Source: Haliotis rubra (Eukaryota). Taken from it: a stretch of 64,000 nucleotides of DNA. The stretch's first letter is position 1. Every line of letters starts with the position of its first letter. The notes beneath the pieces are model-generated. The model was not told where the DNA came from, searched no databases, and saw only the letters and a program-made list of their open reading frames with translations. The position numbers were made by a program, and so were the translations under genes. Below are positions 62,966 through 64,000 of this stretch, piece by piece. The stretch is from NCBI RefSeq assembly GCF_003918875.1, contig NW_025767016.1:124001-188000 (forward strand), written 5' to 3'.

Positions 62966-64000
62966 TCATGACACGACACACGAACTCTCAATGTCACAAA
63001 AACAGGGTGTTCCTTTTGACCAATTTCTCAACCTCCGTGTGTTTTCGTCAAGTCTGTCATTTTTCTTCCAGTCAATCATGGGACATTCCTCGAACGGTTC
63101 TGGCACAAAAGAATCATCGCAATTTATTATCAACAACCTTTTACTCAGGCGTTCTGTTCTCGAAGCTGCGTGGATAATGTGCTGCAATTCAAACCGATTG
63201 TTGAAGCCATTTTGTATGTATTCCTGTGTCAGTATGACAAGAAAGAGTCTGCTTGTATTGATGGCATTCACACTTGTGGGCATTTTGAGCTGGCCTATCA
63301 GTATGTCCCGACATGGTACGAAGACCTTGTTTCCTGCAGATTCCAAGATGGTCGTCAACTGACGACCAGCAGCCTCCTCAGTCTCCGGATGGGCTACAAA
63401 CACGTCATACTTCGGGGCTTCACTGTCTTCCTTGTTAAAACAACCGAGGGTTTCCGCGGTTTTCACACATCTCTTACATGGATAAAACGATCCTTCTAAT
63501 ATCTTATTTCTCACTGGAATCACAAGGCAGGTTGTCGTGAGCTTGGCTGTAAGCATAGCAATACCGACGAACACAAGAAATATTGAAATCATTATTGGTC
63601 CCTCAAATGTAGTTAAGAACCACATTATCCAGTCAAGGCCAGCCTCGTCGTTTTCGCAGTAATCATGCAGTAGCTGTTTCTTTGGTCTAATCCAACACGG
63701 CTCTTTGGCAATTGGGTCCGGGATGTTTGTGAAGTTGTAGAAGAAGAGGTCAGGCGTTCTTGGATGCAGAAGGATTGTGTGTGGATATTTCACTTCCCTT
63801 ATCTCCTCTCGTCGTGATGAAGCGTTGTAGATTGTTCGAAAAAACGAGAACTCGTGATAGTGGTATGTGTTCTTACAGACACATTGCCATCCTGTGCCCG
63901 TAACTGAGTTTCGCATGCGAAGACTTCCTGATCTTGTGAAAAATAGATCATTGTGACCTCCATTATGCCAGAACTCCCAGTACAGCAACACTGTTATGGA
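62966..64000 (-). CDS. single-pass TIR-domain receptor, 5'-partial, probable Ig-like ectodomain
   Basis: Frame open to the window edge; TM IMISIFLVFVGIAMLTA; TIR box 1 YDVFVAH, box 2 VFVPCRDILIG, AINTSRLFLVILTQEY, terminal IDW. Confidence 0.88.
   Translation of the reverse strand, partial: SITVLLYWEFWHNGGHNDLFFTRSGSLRMRNSVTGTGWQCVCKNTYHYHEFSFFRTIYNASSRREEIREVKYPHTILLHPRTPDLFFYNFTNIPDPIAKEPCWIRPKKQLLHDYCENDEAGLDWIMWFLTTFEGPIMISIFLVFVGIAMLTAKLTTTCLVIPVRNKILEGSFYPCKRCVKTAETLGCFNKEDSEAPKYDVFVAHPETEEAAGRQLTTILESAGNKVFVPCRDILIGQLKMPTSVNAINTSRLFLVILTQEYIQNGFNNRFELQHIIHAASRTERLSKRLLIINCDDSFVPEPFEECPMIDWKKNDRLDENTRRLRNWSKGTPCFCDIESSCVVS

Overview
Eukaryotic genomic DNA from an animal, probably a mollusc (inferred from intron structure and ACTC-tailed SINE/LINE families). 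It is not prokaryotic and has no CRISPR array. The main content is a minus-strand tandem cluster of five intact spliced paralogues (314-350 aa, about 8 TM) plus one orphan 3' fragment. They belong to an uncharacterised membrane-protein family with TspO/MBR-like motifs. Each paralogue appears to have a TATA-like box, a short non-coding first exon, a phase-1 first coding exon and a large last exon. Four of the five promoters share a bipartite motif (RCGTGG-n-ACGTGA). The 3' part of a TM-TIR receptor with a probable Ig-like ectodomain lies at the right edge. The rest is about ten minisatellites and many transposons: a 6.7 kb EnSpm/CACTA-type element whose SAM/SAMD3-like gene contains a 38-bp minisatellite grown out of its own exon, a 3.65 kb piggyBac-like element, AcademH-like and other MITEs, a mariner relic, two LINE fragments and SINEs. 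Most short ORFs in the track are repeat-derived or antisense noise. Exon boundaries were read by eye from GT/AG sites and frame continuity, and family names are recalled, not searched.
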